DNA from: Chloroflexota bacterium
GTDB lineage: Bacteria > Chloroflexota > Dehalococcoidia > Lucifugimonadales > GCA-002723415
Length of the DNA stretch: 64,000 bases
Assembly (NCBI GenBank): GCA_002721445.1
Contig: PBKN01000012.1
Location: 8,362 to 72,361, forward strand
Reading direction: 5' to 3'
Shown here: one piece after another, positions 50,195-59,954 of the stretch
Position numbering within the stretch: the first letter of the stretch is position 1
Layout of the letters: the number at the start of each line of letters is the position of its first letter
Translations under genes and position numbers: made by a program
The notes under the pieces: model-generated
The model's input: only the letters and a program-made list of their open reading frames with translations
Database searches by the model: none
Told to the model about the DNA's origin: nothing

Positions 50195-51058
50195 CTATAA
50201 CAAAATGCCTATAGCTGTACAACTAAATATTGTAATTGAAAAAAAAGAATTAAATTTAAAAAAAGCAATTTTTGAATTATTAATACCATTTATTACAATA
50301 ATATAATGTTTATAAAATAATATAAAAAATCCTAATATACATCCAATAAAATAAACTATCGATAATTCTGAGTATATACCTAGAATAATAAATAATATTA
50401 TTGAACTAATATCTAATATTCTGCAAATTAGTAAAGATTTCTTAATTCCAAAACGTCTTGCAATAGAGTGCAATCCATATTTTGAATGGAATTCAATATC
50501 TCCCATATGATAAATAATATCAAAGCTAGAAGCCCAAAAGAATATAGATAATGATAATAGCAATGGCTCAACATCTAAATTACCAGTAACTGCAATCCAA
50601 GAAGCTGATGGAGCGATTGATAAGGCACCTCCAAGTAAAAAACTTGACATCCAAGTATATCTTTTTGAATATGAATATAAAAAAACATATGCAGCTGCAA
50701 ATGGAGATAATATTAAAGTTGTTTTATTTATTTGTGAAGATATAAATAAAAATAAAATTAATGAAATAATAATTATAAAAATCATGTTATTAGTAGATAA
50801 TTTACCTAGAGGTAAATGTCTGTTTTGTTTACTAGGTATTAATTTATCAATATCTTTATCAATTAAACGGTTAGATGACATCCCAAAAGTTCTAACGCAA
50901 ATCATTGCTAAGGTAATCAAAAAGAATATATTTAAATCAGGTAAGCCTTTACTAGCCATCATCATACCCATATAAGCAAATGGTAATGCAAATATAGATT
51001 CTTGAATTTTTATTGCCTCGAATAAATATACTATTTTTGCAAAGTTAAAAACTTTCAA
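50195..51058 (-). CDS. ubiA: UbiA-family prenyltransferase
   Basis: RTFGMSSNRLIDKDIDKL (first Asp-rich motif), FDIIYHMGDIEFHSKYGLHSI (second motif), TM-rich. Confidence 0.9.
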   Translation of the reverse strand: MKVFNFAKIVYLFEAIKIQESIFALPFAYMGMMMASKGLPDLNIFFLITLAMICVRTFGMSSNRLIDKDIDKLIPSKQNRHLPLGKLSTNNMIFIIIISLILFLFISSQINKTTLILSPFAAAYVFLYSYSKRYTWMSSFLLGGALSIAPSASWIAVTGNLDVEPLLLSLSIFFWASSFDIIYHMGDIEFHSKYGLHSIARRFGIKKSLLICRILDISSIILFIILGIYSELSIVYFIGCILGFFILFYKHYIIVINGINNSKIAFFKFNSFFSITIFSCTAIGILL

Positions 51059-51060
51059 TA

Positions 51061-52515
51061 CTATATCCTATAACTATGCCATTTTTGAGTAACAAGATTT
51101 TTTATATCCTGTTCCATAATAATCTCATCAGGCCATTCTTTCGTTCTTCCATCTTTTTTACCTTTTGTAGTTGCATCTAAACCAATTTTGCTTCCATATT
51201 TAGGAGTAGTGGTAGCATGATCTAAATCATCTGCGGGACCTTCTACTATTACCAAGTCAGTCGAAGGATTAATATTTGTGGAAACTCTCCATGCAACTTC
51301 AGACATGTCATGAACATTTACATAGCTATCAAGCACTATTATAGTCTTAGATAACATTAATAATCCAAGTCCCCATAATGCATACATGACTTTTCTAGCA
51401 TGGCCTGGGTAGGCTTTTTTAATAGAAACAATTAATATATTATGAAACGCTCCTTCAGCAGGCATATTGATGTCTACAATTTCAGGCAATGTCATTTGTA
51501 AAGCAGGAAACAATACCTTTGTTGAAGCAGACCCCATATAGTAATCCTCACTAGGAGGCCTGCCAACAATAGTTGTTAAATAAATTGGATTTTTCCTATG
51601 AGTAATTGCAGTCAAATGAAATACAGGATACTCATCTGCAGGAGAGTAATATCCTGTGTGATCTCCAAAAGGCCCTTCATTTCTAAGTTCTCCTGGAATA
51701 ACATATCCTTCTAATACATATTCAGAATAAGCAGGAACTTCTAAGTCAACAGTCTTACATTTAACCATACTGACAGATTTCCCACGTAATATACCTGATA
51801 CAACTATTTCGTCCATATTTGGAGGTATAGGTAATGACCCGGACCAAACAGTAGTCGGGTCTCCTCCTATAGAAATAGCTACTTCAATTTTTTTTATTTC
51901 ATTTTCTTCAGCTTGACGGTAATGTTGAGAACCTACTTTATGAGTTTGCCAATGCATACCTGAGGTTTTAGAATCAAAAATTTGCATTCTATATGTCCCA
52001 ACATTTCTACGTCCAGTCACAACATCTTTAGTAATTACTAATGGCAGAGTAATATATTTGCCAGCATCTAATGGCCAACATTTTAATGCGGGTAAAATAC
52101 TGAAATCAGCATCAGAGTCCAAATACACCACTTCCTGGCAAGGTGCTTGACTTATAATATTAGGTTTAGTTCTGGCTATACCAAATAAATTTTTCAAAAG
52201 ATTTATTTTATTCATCAAACCTTCTGGCGGACCTTCAACAAGATTTAATAAACCTCGGACTCTATCAGTAATTTCATTTATATTATTAACACCTAATGCC
52301 CATGCCATTCTCTGATGAGATCCAAAAATATTAATTAGTATAGGAACATCATAGCCTTCTACATTTTCAAATAATAATGCTGGTCCTTTATCTTTAACTA
52401 CTCTATCTACAATTTCAGTTATTTCAAGTTCTGGAGATACCTTTTCTGATATTCTACGTAGATCACCTTTATGATCAAGAAAATCAATAAATTGCCTTAT
52501 GTCATCAAATCTCAT
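51061..52515 (-). CDS. ubiD: UbiD-family decarboxylase
   Basis: GPALLFENVEGYDVPILINIFGSHQRMAWALG, EGPFGDHTGYYSPADEYPVFHLTAITHRKNPIY, GLDATTKG. Confidence 0.95.
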   Translation of the reverse strand: MRFDDIRQFIDFLDHKGDLRRISEKVSPELEITEIVDRVVKDKGPALLFENVEGYDVPILINIFGSHQRMAWALGVNNINEITDRVRGLLNLVEGPPEGLMNKINLLKNLFGIARTKPNIISQAPCQEVVYLDSDADFSILPALKCWPLDAGKYITLPLVITKDVVTGRRNVGTYRMQIFDSKTSGMHWQTHKVGSQHYRQAEENEIKKIEVAISIGGDPTTVWSGSLPIPPNMDEIVVSGILRGKSVSMVKCKTVDLEVPAYSEYVLEGYVIPGELRNEGPFGDHTGYYSPADEYPVFHLTAITHRKNPIYLTTIVGRPPSEDYYMGSASTKVLFPALQMTLPEIVDINMPAEGAFHNILIVSIKKAYPGHARKVMYALWGLGLLMLSKTIIVLDSYVNVHDMSEVAWRVSTNINPSTDLVIVEGPADDLDHATTTPKYGSKIGLDATTKGKKDGRTKEWPDEIIMEQDIKNLVTQKWHSYRI

Positions 52516-52548
52516 ATTAACTAACCTTACCTTATAAATAGATATATA

Positions 52549-53679
52549 TTATTTTAAATTATTTTCTCTGATTTCAGAAGAAGTAATATCTTCACGAAAT
52601 TCAGATTCACTTATTGGGAAAAAAATATCTTTATAATAATTGTCAATCTTTATATCCTTCAAAGTAATAAATCGACCTTGATATTTACGACCTGCAACAT
52701 AAAATTTACAACCATTATTATAAATTTCCATAATTGATTTATGCATTAATCTTTCATTATTTTCATAGTATTTTTTATCAAATAATCTCATAGCAGTATC
52801 TATGCCAATTATAAAATTAGTTTCTTTAAATAACTCTGACTTCATATGAAATTTACTTGAATTAGTTATTAAAAGAGGATAATTATTTTTAAATTGTGAA
52901 ACTCTTAAATTTAGATCTTTTTCTAATAAATTAGATTTATCTACATTAGGAATAGATATCTCAAAGCATACATCACTACTAAATAAGGTTTTTGAAAATT
53001 TATAAAGTTCTATATGGCCTTTATGTAAAGGATTAAATGATCCGGATATTATAGCACTAGGTTTCAAAAAATTATTAATAATTTCACCATTTATATCTAT
53101 TAATATGCTTTTAAGATGATTATTACTCAAAGATTCAAAGTAACTACCGTACTCTTTTTTGTTTATATTAATATCTTTTGACTCTAAGCTTTGTCTATTA
53201 TTATAAAAATCATTTATTGCTTTAATAACACAATTACTAATTATGTTCTCATAATAATTCCTGCTTAAAGATTGATTTTGAAAATTAATTTCATATTTGA
53301 TTAATCCCATTGAATGGTATATTGCGATATAGCTCTTAATCTCACCTTTTTTATTATAATATGTTGGCAATGTTGCGGTTATACTAACGCCTAATATATT
53401 ACTATTATCATTAAATTTTAATTTTAAAGCACGATCATAAGCTTTTTTAGCCATTAATTCTGCAGTTTCAGGACTTACATATTTTTCAGGCTTTAAACCT
53501 AAAAAATCATCTAATGAATTATTCGAATAAGGAATTATTATTTCTAATACTGTCTTTGAAGACCCAGGTATTGACAATATTCTATCAATTGCCCTACCTC
53601 CTGCTCCTGCAAAAACCAAAACAAATTCAATATTAGAATCATGCAGATTTTTAACATCATTTAATATATCCTCTTCCAT
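52549..53679 (-). CDS. Fusion: N-terminal CinA-like (PF02464-type) domain plus C-terminal NadD-like nucleotidyltransferase
   Basis: VSPETAELMAKKAYDRALKL...GVSITATLP (CinA-like), SGSFNPLHKGHIELYKFS and ITSSEIRE (nucleotidyltransferase motifs). Confidence 0.78.
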   Translation of the reverse strand: MEEDILNDVKNLHDSNIEFVLVFAGAGGRAIDRILSIPGSSKTVLEIIIPYSNNSLDDFLGLKPEKYVSPETAELMAKKAYDRALKLKFNDNSNILGVSITATLPTYYNKKGEIKSYIAIYHSMGLIKYEINFQNQSLSRNYYENIISNCVIKAINDFYNNRQSLESKDININKKEYGSYFESLSNNHLKSILIDINGEIINNFLKPSAIISGSFNPLHKGHIELYKFSKTLFSSDVCFEISIPNVDKSNLLEKDLNLRVSQFKNNYPLLITNSSKFHMKSELFKETNFIIGIDTAMRLFDKKYYENNERLMHKSIMEIYNNGCKFYVAGRKYQGRFITLKDIKIDNYYKDIFFPISESEFREDITSSEIRENNLK

Positions 53680-53701
53680 GAATTAATTTTCTTTCTGAAA
53701 T

Positions 53702-54619
53702 TTATTTTTTAATACTTCTTACTACTTCTAAAATACCTTGATCTAATAAGGTTTTCGGTTCCCATCTTAATATTTCATTTGCTTTTTTTATACTTAAGCT
53801 TACTCTCTCAGCTTCACCTTTTCTAATATTAGCAAAACTTGGCTCCACATCAATTCCAATACTATTACGCACACTAGAAAATATTTCAAAATCTGAAATT
53901 TCTTTTCCTGAAGCCAAATTAAATGTTTGATTATCGCCAGCCACATCCAATACATTTAAATTTGCCATTACTATATCATTGACAAATACATAGTCCCTAG
54001 TCTTATTTCCATCACCGTAAATTACTGGCCGAATACCATTTAACATTTGTCCTGTAAATATTGATACTACTCCAGCTTCACCAAGTGGATTTTGACGAGG
54101 CCCAAATACATTACCGTAGCGAAAAATTGTATATTTAAGATGGCTTGATTTCGAAAAAAATCTAATATAATTTTCAGCAGTGTATTTACTCAATCCATAT
54201 ATAGACTTAGGATCTATAGGATGCTCTTCATCCATAGGTAAATAAGAAGGTTCTGAATATACTGCACAAGTAGAAGAAAAAACTATTTTTTTTACTTTAT
54301 AAGTTAAACATAAATTTAATATATTTAATGTGCCAATAACATTTGTAGAAACATCATTAGTAGGACTTTCTTCTGACAAACGTACACTAGTCTGCGCAGC
54401 ATGATGACTAACTAAATCTGGTTTTTCAAATTCAAATATTGATTTAAGTTTAAAAGAATCTAATATGTCAACTTCATAGAAATTAGCAGCTTTATTTACA
54501 TTATAAATGTCTCCAGTAGATAAATTATCAAGAACACTTACCTTATGACCAGCGCTAATTAATGCATCAACTAAATGTGAAGCAATAAATCCTGCTCCAC
54601 CTGTAATTAATATTTTCAT
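53702..54619 (-). CDS. NAD-dependent epimerase/dehydratase (UDP-glucose 4-epimerase-like)
   Basis: MKILITGGAGFIASHLVDALI, SSTCAVYSEP, YGLSKYTAENYI, FRYGNVFGPRQNPLGEAGVVSIF. Confidence 0.92.
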   Translation of the reverse strand: MKILITGGAGFIASHLVDALISAGHKVSVLDNLSTGDIYNVNKAANFYEVDILDSFKLKSIFEFEKPDLVSHHAAQTSVRLSEESPTNDVSTNVIGTLNILNLCLTYKVKKIVFSSTCAVYSEPSYLPMDEEHPIDPKSIYGLSKYTAENYIRFFSKSSHLKYTIFRYGNVFGPRQNPLGEAGVVSIFTGQMLNGIRPVIYGDGNKTRDYVFVNDIVMANLNVLDVAGDNQTFNLASGKEISDFEIFSSVRNSIGIDVEPSFANIRKGEAERVSLSIKKANEILRWEPKTLLDQGILEVVRSIKK

Positions 54620-54636
54620 GATTACTCCACTTGCAA

Positions 54637-55164
54637 TTATACAAGATTAATTAATCTTGTAGATAAAATAGACTTTATAAATAGCATAATAACCATACTC
54701 ATTAAAATAAATAAAACTGAAAACCAGCTCCATTCATTTTGTAAACATATACCTAATATCGTCCCTGCTGCAGGAGGATGTTCGGTATCTGTAATTACCA
54801 TTATAAAAATTGTTAATACGACTAATACCGCTACCAAAATGTCCCTAAATAAAGTAGATGATTCATATAAACCGTTTAACCCCACAAATGTAAGAACCAT
54901 CATAAATAAACCTCCTGTAATTATTGCAATAGTATGTCCTCCAATTACTCTTCGCACATTAGAAACAGTAGACTTTGGCATTACAAATATAGTGAAAGCA
55001 GATGATGCAACAGCTATAACAATTGGTGCTCTTAAAACTACATCACCTAATAACAATAATATAATAAAAATTGGTATACAGATCCCGATTTGAAAAATAT
55101 ACCTTAACGGATTCAATAAGAATTTATCATCAAAAACGTTGCTATTCAGATTAAATTTCTTCAA
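54637..55164 (-). CDS. HPP-family integral membrane protein
   Basis: PIVIAVASSAFTIFVMPKS, RRVIGGHTIAIITG, TDTEHPPAAGTILG. Confidence 0.87.
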   Translation of the reverse strand: MKKFNLNSNVFDDKFLLNPLRYIFQIGICIPIFIILLLLGDVVLRAPIVIAVASSAFTIFVMPKSTVSNVRRVIGGHTIAIITGGLFMMVLTFVGLNGLYESSTLFRDILVAVLVVLTIFIMVITDTEHPPAAGTILGICLQNEWSWFSVLFILMSMVIMLFIKSILSTRLINLV

Positions 55165-55224
55165 ATATACACCTTTTAATAGAGTTCACTAATTACTATT
55201 TTGCTATATTATATATAAATGATA

Positions 55225-55239
55225 CATATATATATATAT
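55225..55239. repeat. (AT)n tract upstream of trkH
   Basis: Read directly: catatatatatatatt. Confidence 0.8.
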
Positions 55240-55279
55240 TTTTTAAACCTATTATAAAATCTATATATCCGAGTAAAAA

Positions 55280-56719
55280 ATGAGTACAGAGTGGAAACCT
55301 AAACCCGGCGATAAAGTAATACGTCATCCTAGAGAAGAACAAATTAGGCCTATCAGCCTAAAACTATCTTCTCGAAAAGTAAATTCCAGAGTATTCGCAT
55401 CTCCACTTTTATTAATATACCTGTTTGCTTCATTAATATTTTCCGGTACCATATTATTAATGCTACCTATTTCTAATGCAAATTCAGAAATCACGCCTTT
55501 TATTGATGCATTATACACTGCGACTTCTGCTGTTACAGTTACAGGCCTAATATTACATAATACAGGACAATATTGGAGCACATTTGGACAAGCAGTAATA
55601 CTATTCATGATATTTACTGGTGGCTTAGGTTTTATGAGTTTAGCAACTTTTTTGTTGGTCCTAGTAGGTCAAAAAGTTACTCTTTCCCAAAAATTATTAG
55701 TTAGAGAAAGTATTACCTCAGATAATTCTTTACAAATAGGAGGATTAGTTCAAATCACTATCAGAATAGTTATATTAGCAGTATTTATACAATTTATTGG
55801 ATTTCTATTCTTATTATTAAAATATTCTCTAGATTATTCTCTTCAAGAAGCATCATGGCTGGCTATTTTTCATTCAGTTTCAGGCTTTAATAACGCTGGA
55901 TTTATATTGTTTTCAGAAACTGATATAAATTCATACTTAAAAAATGATTATTATTTTACATGGGTAATTAATGTATTAAGTATATTAGGTTCTATAGGGT
56001 TTTGGGTAATAGTTGATGTAATAAAAAATAAAAATTTTCAGCCTCTACAACTAACTTCGAAAATAGTAATTCTGTCTACATTTATTGTTATATTTATGAG
56101 TGGAATATTTTTCTTTTCTTCCGAATACAATAATGAAAAAACCATTGGAGATATGAATATCCCTGATAAAATCCATCATTCACTATTTGAATCTATAAGT
56201 GGAAGAACTGCTGGTTTTTCTACTATTGATTTTAATGAAACTAATTCTGCCACTAAATTTTTCTTCAGTGGAATGATGATAATTGGAGGCGCTTCAGGAT
56301 CAACAGCAAGTGGATTAAAGATTAATACTGTAGCTATTATAATTATTGCAGTAATATGCACACTAAAAGGTCAAAACAGGATTACTTCCTTCAAGCGTGA
56401 AATTTCTATTCAATTAGTAAAAAAAGCAATAGTAATTTGTGTACCAAGTATATTAATTCTTTTTACATTAATGATTATTTTAATGATATTCGAACCAAAT
56501 TTTTTATTTATTAACACTTTTTTTGAAGTACATTCAGCATTTGCAAATGTTGGACTTACAACAGGAATCAGTGGAAAAATATCTCCACTTGGAGATATAA
56601 TTATAATAATATCAATGTTTTTGGGTCGTATTGTACCACTAGCCATTGCATTTCTTATTACAATTCAAAATGAATATGAAACATTTAGATATCCTAATGA
56701 AAGAATAACAATTGGATAA
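55280..56719 (+). CDS. trkH: TrkH/KtrB potassium transport membrane subunit
   Basis: DALYTATSAVTVTGLILHNTGQYWSTFGQAVILFMIFTGGLGFMSL, GFNNAGFILFS, ISGRTAGFSTID, GGASGSTASGLKINT. Confidence 0.95.
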   Translation: MSTEWKPKPGDKVIRHPREEQIRPISLKLSSRKVNSRVFASPLLLIYLFASLIFSGTILLMLPISNANSEITPFIDALYTATSAVTVTGLILHNTGQYWSTFGQAVILFMIFTGGLGFMSLATFLLVLVGQKVTLSQKLLVRESITSDNSLQIGGLVQITIRIVILAVFIQFIGFLFLLLKYSLDYSLQEASWLAIFHSVSGFNNAGFILFSETDINSYLKNDYYFTWVINVLSILGSIGFWVIVDVIKNKNFQPLQLTSKIVILSTFIVIFMSGIFFFSSEYNNEKTIGDMNIPDKIHHSLFESISGRTAGFSTIDFNETNSATKFFFSGMMIIGGASGSTASGLKINTVAIIIIAVICTLKGQNRITSFKREISIQLVKKAIVICVPSILILFTLMIILMIFEPNFLFINTFFEVHSAFANVGLTTGISGKISPLGDIIIIISMFLGRIVPLAIAFLITIQNEYETFRYPNERITIG

Positions 56720-56749
56720 TTATAAAAACAATTTATTAAAGGTGACAAA

Positions 56750-57415
56750 ATGAAAAAACAAGTATTAGTAATAGGACTTGGAAGATTTGGTTCAAGCGTT
56801 GTTAGATCACTTTATAATACAGGTAATGATGTATTAGCTATTGATATTGAGGGTTCAAGAGTTGCTAATATTATGACCCAAGCTACCCATGCACTCACTG
56901 CTGATGCAACGAATGAAACCGTTTTAAAAGATTTAGGAGTTCAAGATTATGATGCAGCTATAGTTGCAATCGGCTCCAATATTGTACCTAGTATAATGGC
57001 ATCAGTTTTACTAAAAACAATGGGTGTCCCATACATAGTTGCAAGAGCATCTAATGAATTACATGGAAACACTCTAGAAAGAATTGGAGTTGATAAAATA
57101 ATTCATGCAGAAAATGAAATGGGAGTTAGGTTAGGCCATAATTTATTTAATCCTAATGTACAAGAATATTTGGAAGTAACTCCAAGTTACGGAATCAGTA
57201 AAATGAAAATACCTACAAATTTTATAGATAAAACTCTAAAGGAATTAGGTTTTTCAAATCCTAGGGACAAATACGGACTAGCAGTTATTGCTATACGTAG
57301 AAGCGATACAGACATAACATTAAACCCAGATATAAATGACCGTTTACAAGCTGGCGATTGGTTGATTTTTGCTGGAAAAGATGAGTTAATTGATCAGATT
57401 GAAATCGCTGATTGA
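56750..57415 (+). CDS. trkA: TrkA/KtrA regulatory subunit (RCK N and C domains)
   Basis: VLVIGLGRFGSSVVRSLYNTGNDVLAIDIE, TADATNETVLKDLGVQDYDAAIVAIG, C-terminal RCK_C. Confidence 0.94.
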   Translation: MKKQVLVIGLGRFGSSVVRSLYNTGNDVLAIDIEGSRVANIMTQATHALTADATNETVLKDLGVQDYDAAIVAIGSNIVPSIMASVLLKTMGVPYIVARASNELHGNTLERIGVDKIIHAENEMGVRLGHNLFNPNVQEYLEVTPSYGISKMKIPTNFIDKTLKELGFSNPRDKYGLAVIAIRRSDTDITLNPDINDRLQAGDWLIFAGKDELIDQIEIAD

Positions 57416-57452
57416 TTAAACTAAAATTTATAATTAAGTATCAGGTGCTAAT

Positions 57453-57872
57453 ATTTCTCCTTTATTAATTTACGTACAAGGAAACGAATTCGACAAAGAG
57501 CTCTTAGATATAGCTTTTAATAACTTGAACCCAAATGAAGATGTTATTCATTTAATATATGTTATTGAAATGGATCGAACCTTACCAATTGACTCAGAAA
57601 TACCTCCACTTACAGCTAAGGGCGAAAATACTTTGAAAAACCTTGAATTCCTTGCAAAAAGATTAAAATTTAATGTTGAAGGTCATTTAGTGCAATCTAG
57701 AGATATTGGCTCTGCAATAATTCAAGAATCATTCGAAAAAAATATAAATACAATAATTATAGAATTACAAAAAAATGAAATAAATGATTACTACCCTTTA
57801 AACAAAATGGCTGAATATTTGTTAATAAATTCAAAATGCCAGGTAATACTAGTTAAACCAAGATCCGCTTAA
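57453..57872 (+). CDS. Universal stress protein-like domain; inferred ATT start (listed ORF begins internally at 57525)
   Basis: Upstream in-frame ISPLLIYVQGNEFDKELLDIAFNNLNPNEDVIHLIYVIE; AGGTG 5 nt before ATT; NTIIIELQKNE...AEYLLINSKCQVILVKP. Confidence 0.7.
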   Translation: MSPLLIYVQGNEFDKELLDIAFNNLNPNEDVIHLIYVIEMDRTLPIDSEIPPLTAKGENTLKNLEFLAKRLKFNVEGHLVQSRDIGSAIIQESFEKNINTIIIELQKNEINDYYPLNKMAEYLLINSKCQVILVKPRSA

Positions 57873-57898
57873 AATATATAAGTTAGGAATAGATTAAT

Positions 57899-58333
57899 AT
57901 GTCACAAATCAACATGATGTCTAAGGTCTCTATTATAGGCTGTGGTAATTCTGGATCTAAAATTGCAATTAATTTCGCTAATATTGGTTATCAAATAGAC
58001 ATAATAGACATAAATTACAAAAACCTTATGAAACTACCTCAAAATTTAATTTCAGAAGGTTATTTAAATCCTATGGTAGGAAATGCAATGAATATATTAG
58101 AACTCAAAAACCTAATTGACCCAGATTGTAATACTTGTATAATATTAACAGGTAATGATTCTACTAATGCTTTAATTTCTCAAATCTTCAAAAATGAATT
58201 TAATATATCTAAGATTATATGTAAAATTAATGACCAAATAACTAATGAACTATATTCAAATTTAGGATTTATTACTATAAACCAAAATGACTTATTCAAT
58301 AAAAAACTATTAGATCTATTTGAGAGCAATTAA
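57899..58333 (+). CDS. Single-domain TrkA-N (RCK_N) protein
   Basis: VSIIGCGNSGSKIAINFANIGYQIDIIDINYKNLMKL, CIILTGNDSTNALISQIF. Confidence 0.85.
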   Translation: MSQINMMSKVSIIGCGNSGSKIAINFANIGYQIDIIDINYKNLMKLPQNLISEGYLNPMVGNAMNILELKNLIDPDCNTCIILTGNDSTNALISQIFKNEFNISKIICKINDQITNELYSNLGFITINQNDLFNKKLLDLFESN

Positions 58334-58762
58334 ATGTACGTTATTATTTTAGGTGCAGGTAAAATTGGATATTCTATAGCAGAAATATTAATTAGTAATC
58401 AACACGAAGTAGCAGTAATTGATTCTAACAAATCTAAATGTGAATATATTGATAATACATTAGGCAGTATTAGTGTATTAGGAGATCAATCTTTATCAAA
58501 TTCATTATTAAAAGCAGGAATAACGAGAGCAGATTTATTTATTGCTACTACAAAAAATGATTCTGAAAATATGCTATCATGTCAATTAGCTAAAGATTAT
58601 TATAATGCCAAATTTACTTTAAGTATTACCCATTCAAAAGAAATAAGCCGTTTGTTGGAAACGATAAATATAAACTATACTATAAATGTTAATCAACACA
58701 TAACAAACGAATTAATATCAAAAATAAAATTACTGGGAATTAATATAAATACAAAAAACTAA
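58334..58762 (+). CDS. Single-domain TrkA-N (RCK_N) protein, tandem with previous
   Basis: MYVIILGAGKIGYSIAEILISNQHEVAVIDSNKSKCE, LGDQSLSNSLLKAGITRADLFIATTKNDSENMLSCQLAK. Confidence 0.88.
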   Translation: MYVIILGAGKIGYSIAEILISNQHEVAVIDSNKSKCEYIDNTLGSISVLGDQSLSNSLLKAGITRADLFIATTKNDSENMLSCQLAKDYYNAKFTLSITHSKEISRLLETININYTINVNQHITNELISKIKLLGININTKN

Positions 58763-59586
58763 TGAATAAATTAGCATTTTTAGGACCTATAGGATCTTTT
58801 TCACAAGAAGCTGCAATAAGTTACAACAAGAACCTAGAGCTTTTAAGCTGTAATTCAATTCCTCAAGTAATTGAAAAAGTTAAAAATGGTTTAGCCAACG
58901 AAGCTATATTGCCAATTGAAAACAGTATTGAAGGATCAGTAACTTCAACTATAGATTTATTAATCCAAGAAACTAAATTAAAAATCAAAACTGAAATTGT
59001 AATTCCTATAGAACATTGTCTTTTAATAAAAGATGAAACCAAATTAGAAAATATTCAACATGTCTATTCTCATCCTCAAGCCTTATCACAATGCAGAAAA
59101 TTTTTAACAGATAATACACCTAATGCAGAATTAATTGCATCATTAAGTACATCTAACGCAGTTGAAGAAATGAAAAAATCAAAATATATTTCTGCAGCTA
59201 TTGCTAATCAAAAATGTGCTTCAATATATAATGTAAAAGTGATATCAAAAAAAATTAGTGATAACAAAAACAATTACACAAGATTTATTATTTTGTCAGA
59301 TAGAGATAATAAAAATACCGGAAAAGATAAAACATCAATCTGCTTTGATTTTTCTAATGATTCTCCAGGAATTCTTTATATGGTTTTAGAAAAATTTGCA
59401 AAACAAAACATTAACCTAACAAAAATAGAATCTAGGCCAAGCAAAACTAATCTAGGAAATTATATATTTCTTATAGACCTTGAGGGGCATAGATCAGATG
59501 AAATTGTTAATAAGTGTTTTAATCAAGTTAAACCACTAGTGTCAATGTTCAAAATATTAGGTTCATATCCAAAATTTAATATATAA
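58762..59586 (+). CDS. pheA: Prephenate dehydratase with C-terminal ACT domain
   Basis: KLAFLGPIGSFSQEAA, LPIENSIEGSV, HVYSHPQALSQCRKFL, NKNNYTRFIILS, ACT LYMVLEKFAKQNINLTKIESRPSK. Confidence 0.95.
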   Translation: MNKLAFLGPIGSFSQEAAISYNKNLELLSCNSIPQVIEKVKNGLANEAILPIENSIEGSVTSTIDLLIQETKLKIKTEIVIPIEHCLLIKDETKLENIQHVYSHPQALSQCRKFLTDNTPNAELIASLSTSNAVEEMKKSKYISAAIANQKCASIYNVKVISKKISDNKNNYTRFIILSDRDNKNTGKDKTSICFDFSNDSPGILYMVLEKFAKQNINLTKIESRPSKTNLGNYIFLIDLEGHRSDEIVNKCFNQVKPLVSMFKILGSYPKFNI

Positions 59587-59591
59587 AAAAA

Positions 59592-59954
59592 TTAAATTGA
59601 CTTAGTTTGATCTCTTTCAGTATCTAAATCAATTTCATCAATCTCTGAAAATAAATCAACTTCGCTTTGAGTTAAATCGTTATCTATTGTTTTTTGTTTT
59701 TTTATTTGGTCATTTAGGCTTTCTACTACTGGGGAAATTACATCCTTTAACTCATCTACTACAGGGCTTAAACCTTCCTTCAAAATAGCTGCCAATTCTT
59801 CTCCCCTAGACTTCCAAATTTCACTTTGTTCAGCCAATTCAACACGAGTTTCAGATCCAGGCTTTGGGGCAATTAATATCCCCAAAACAGTTCCAACTAA
59901 ACCTCCAAACATAAATCCTAACATTGAAGAGCCTCCATTATCTTTTTTAGCCAT
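59592..59954 (-). CDS. YtxH-like small membrane-anchored protein (listed ORF extends to 60026)
   Basis: MAKKDNGGSSMLGFMFGGLVGTVLGILIAPKPGSETR. Confidence 0.8.
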   Translation of the reverse strand: MAKKDNGGSSMLGFMFGGLVGTVLGILIAPKPGSETRVELAEQSEIWKSRGEELAAILKEGLSPVVDELKDVISPVVESLNDQIKKQKTIDNDLTQSEVDLFSEIDEIDLDTERDQTKSI

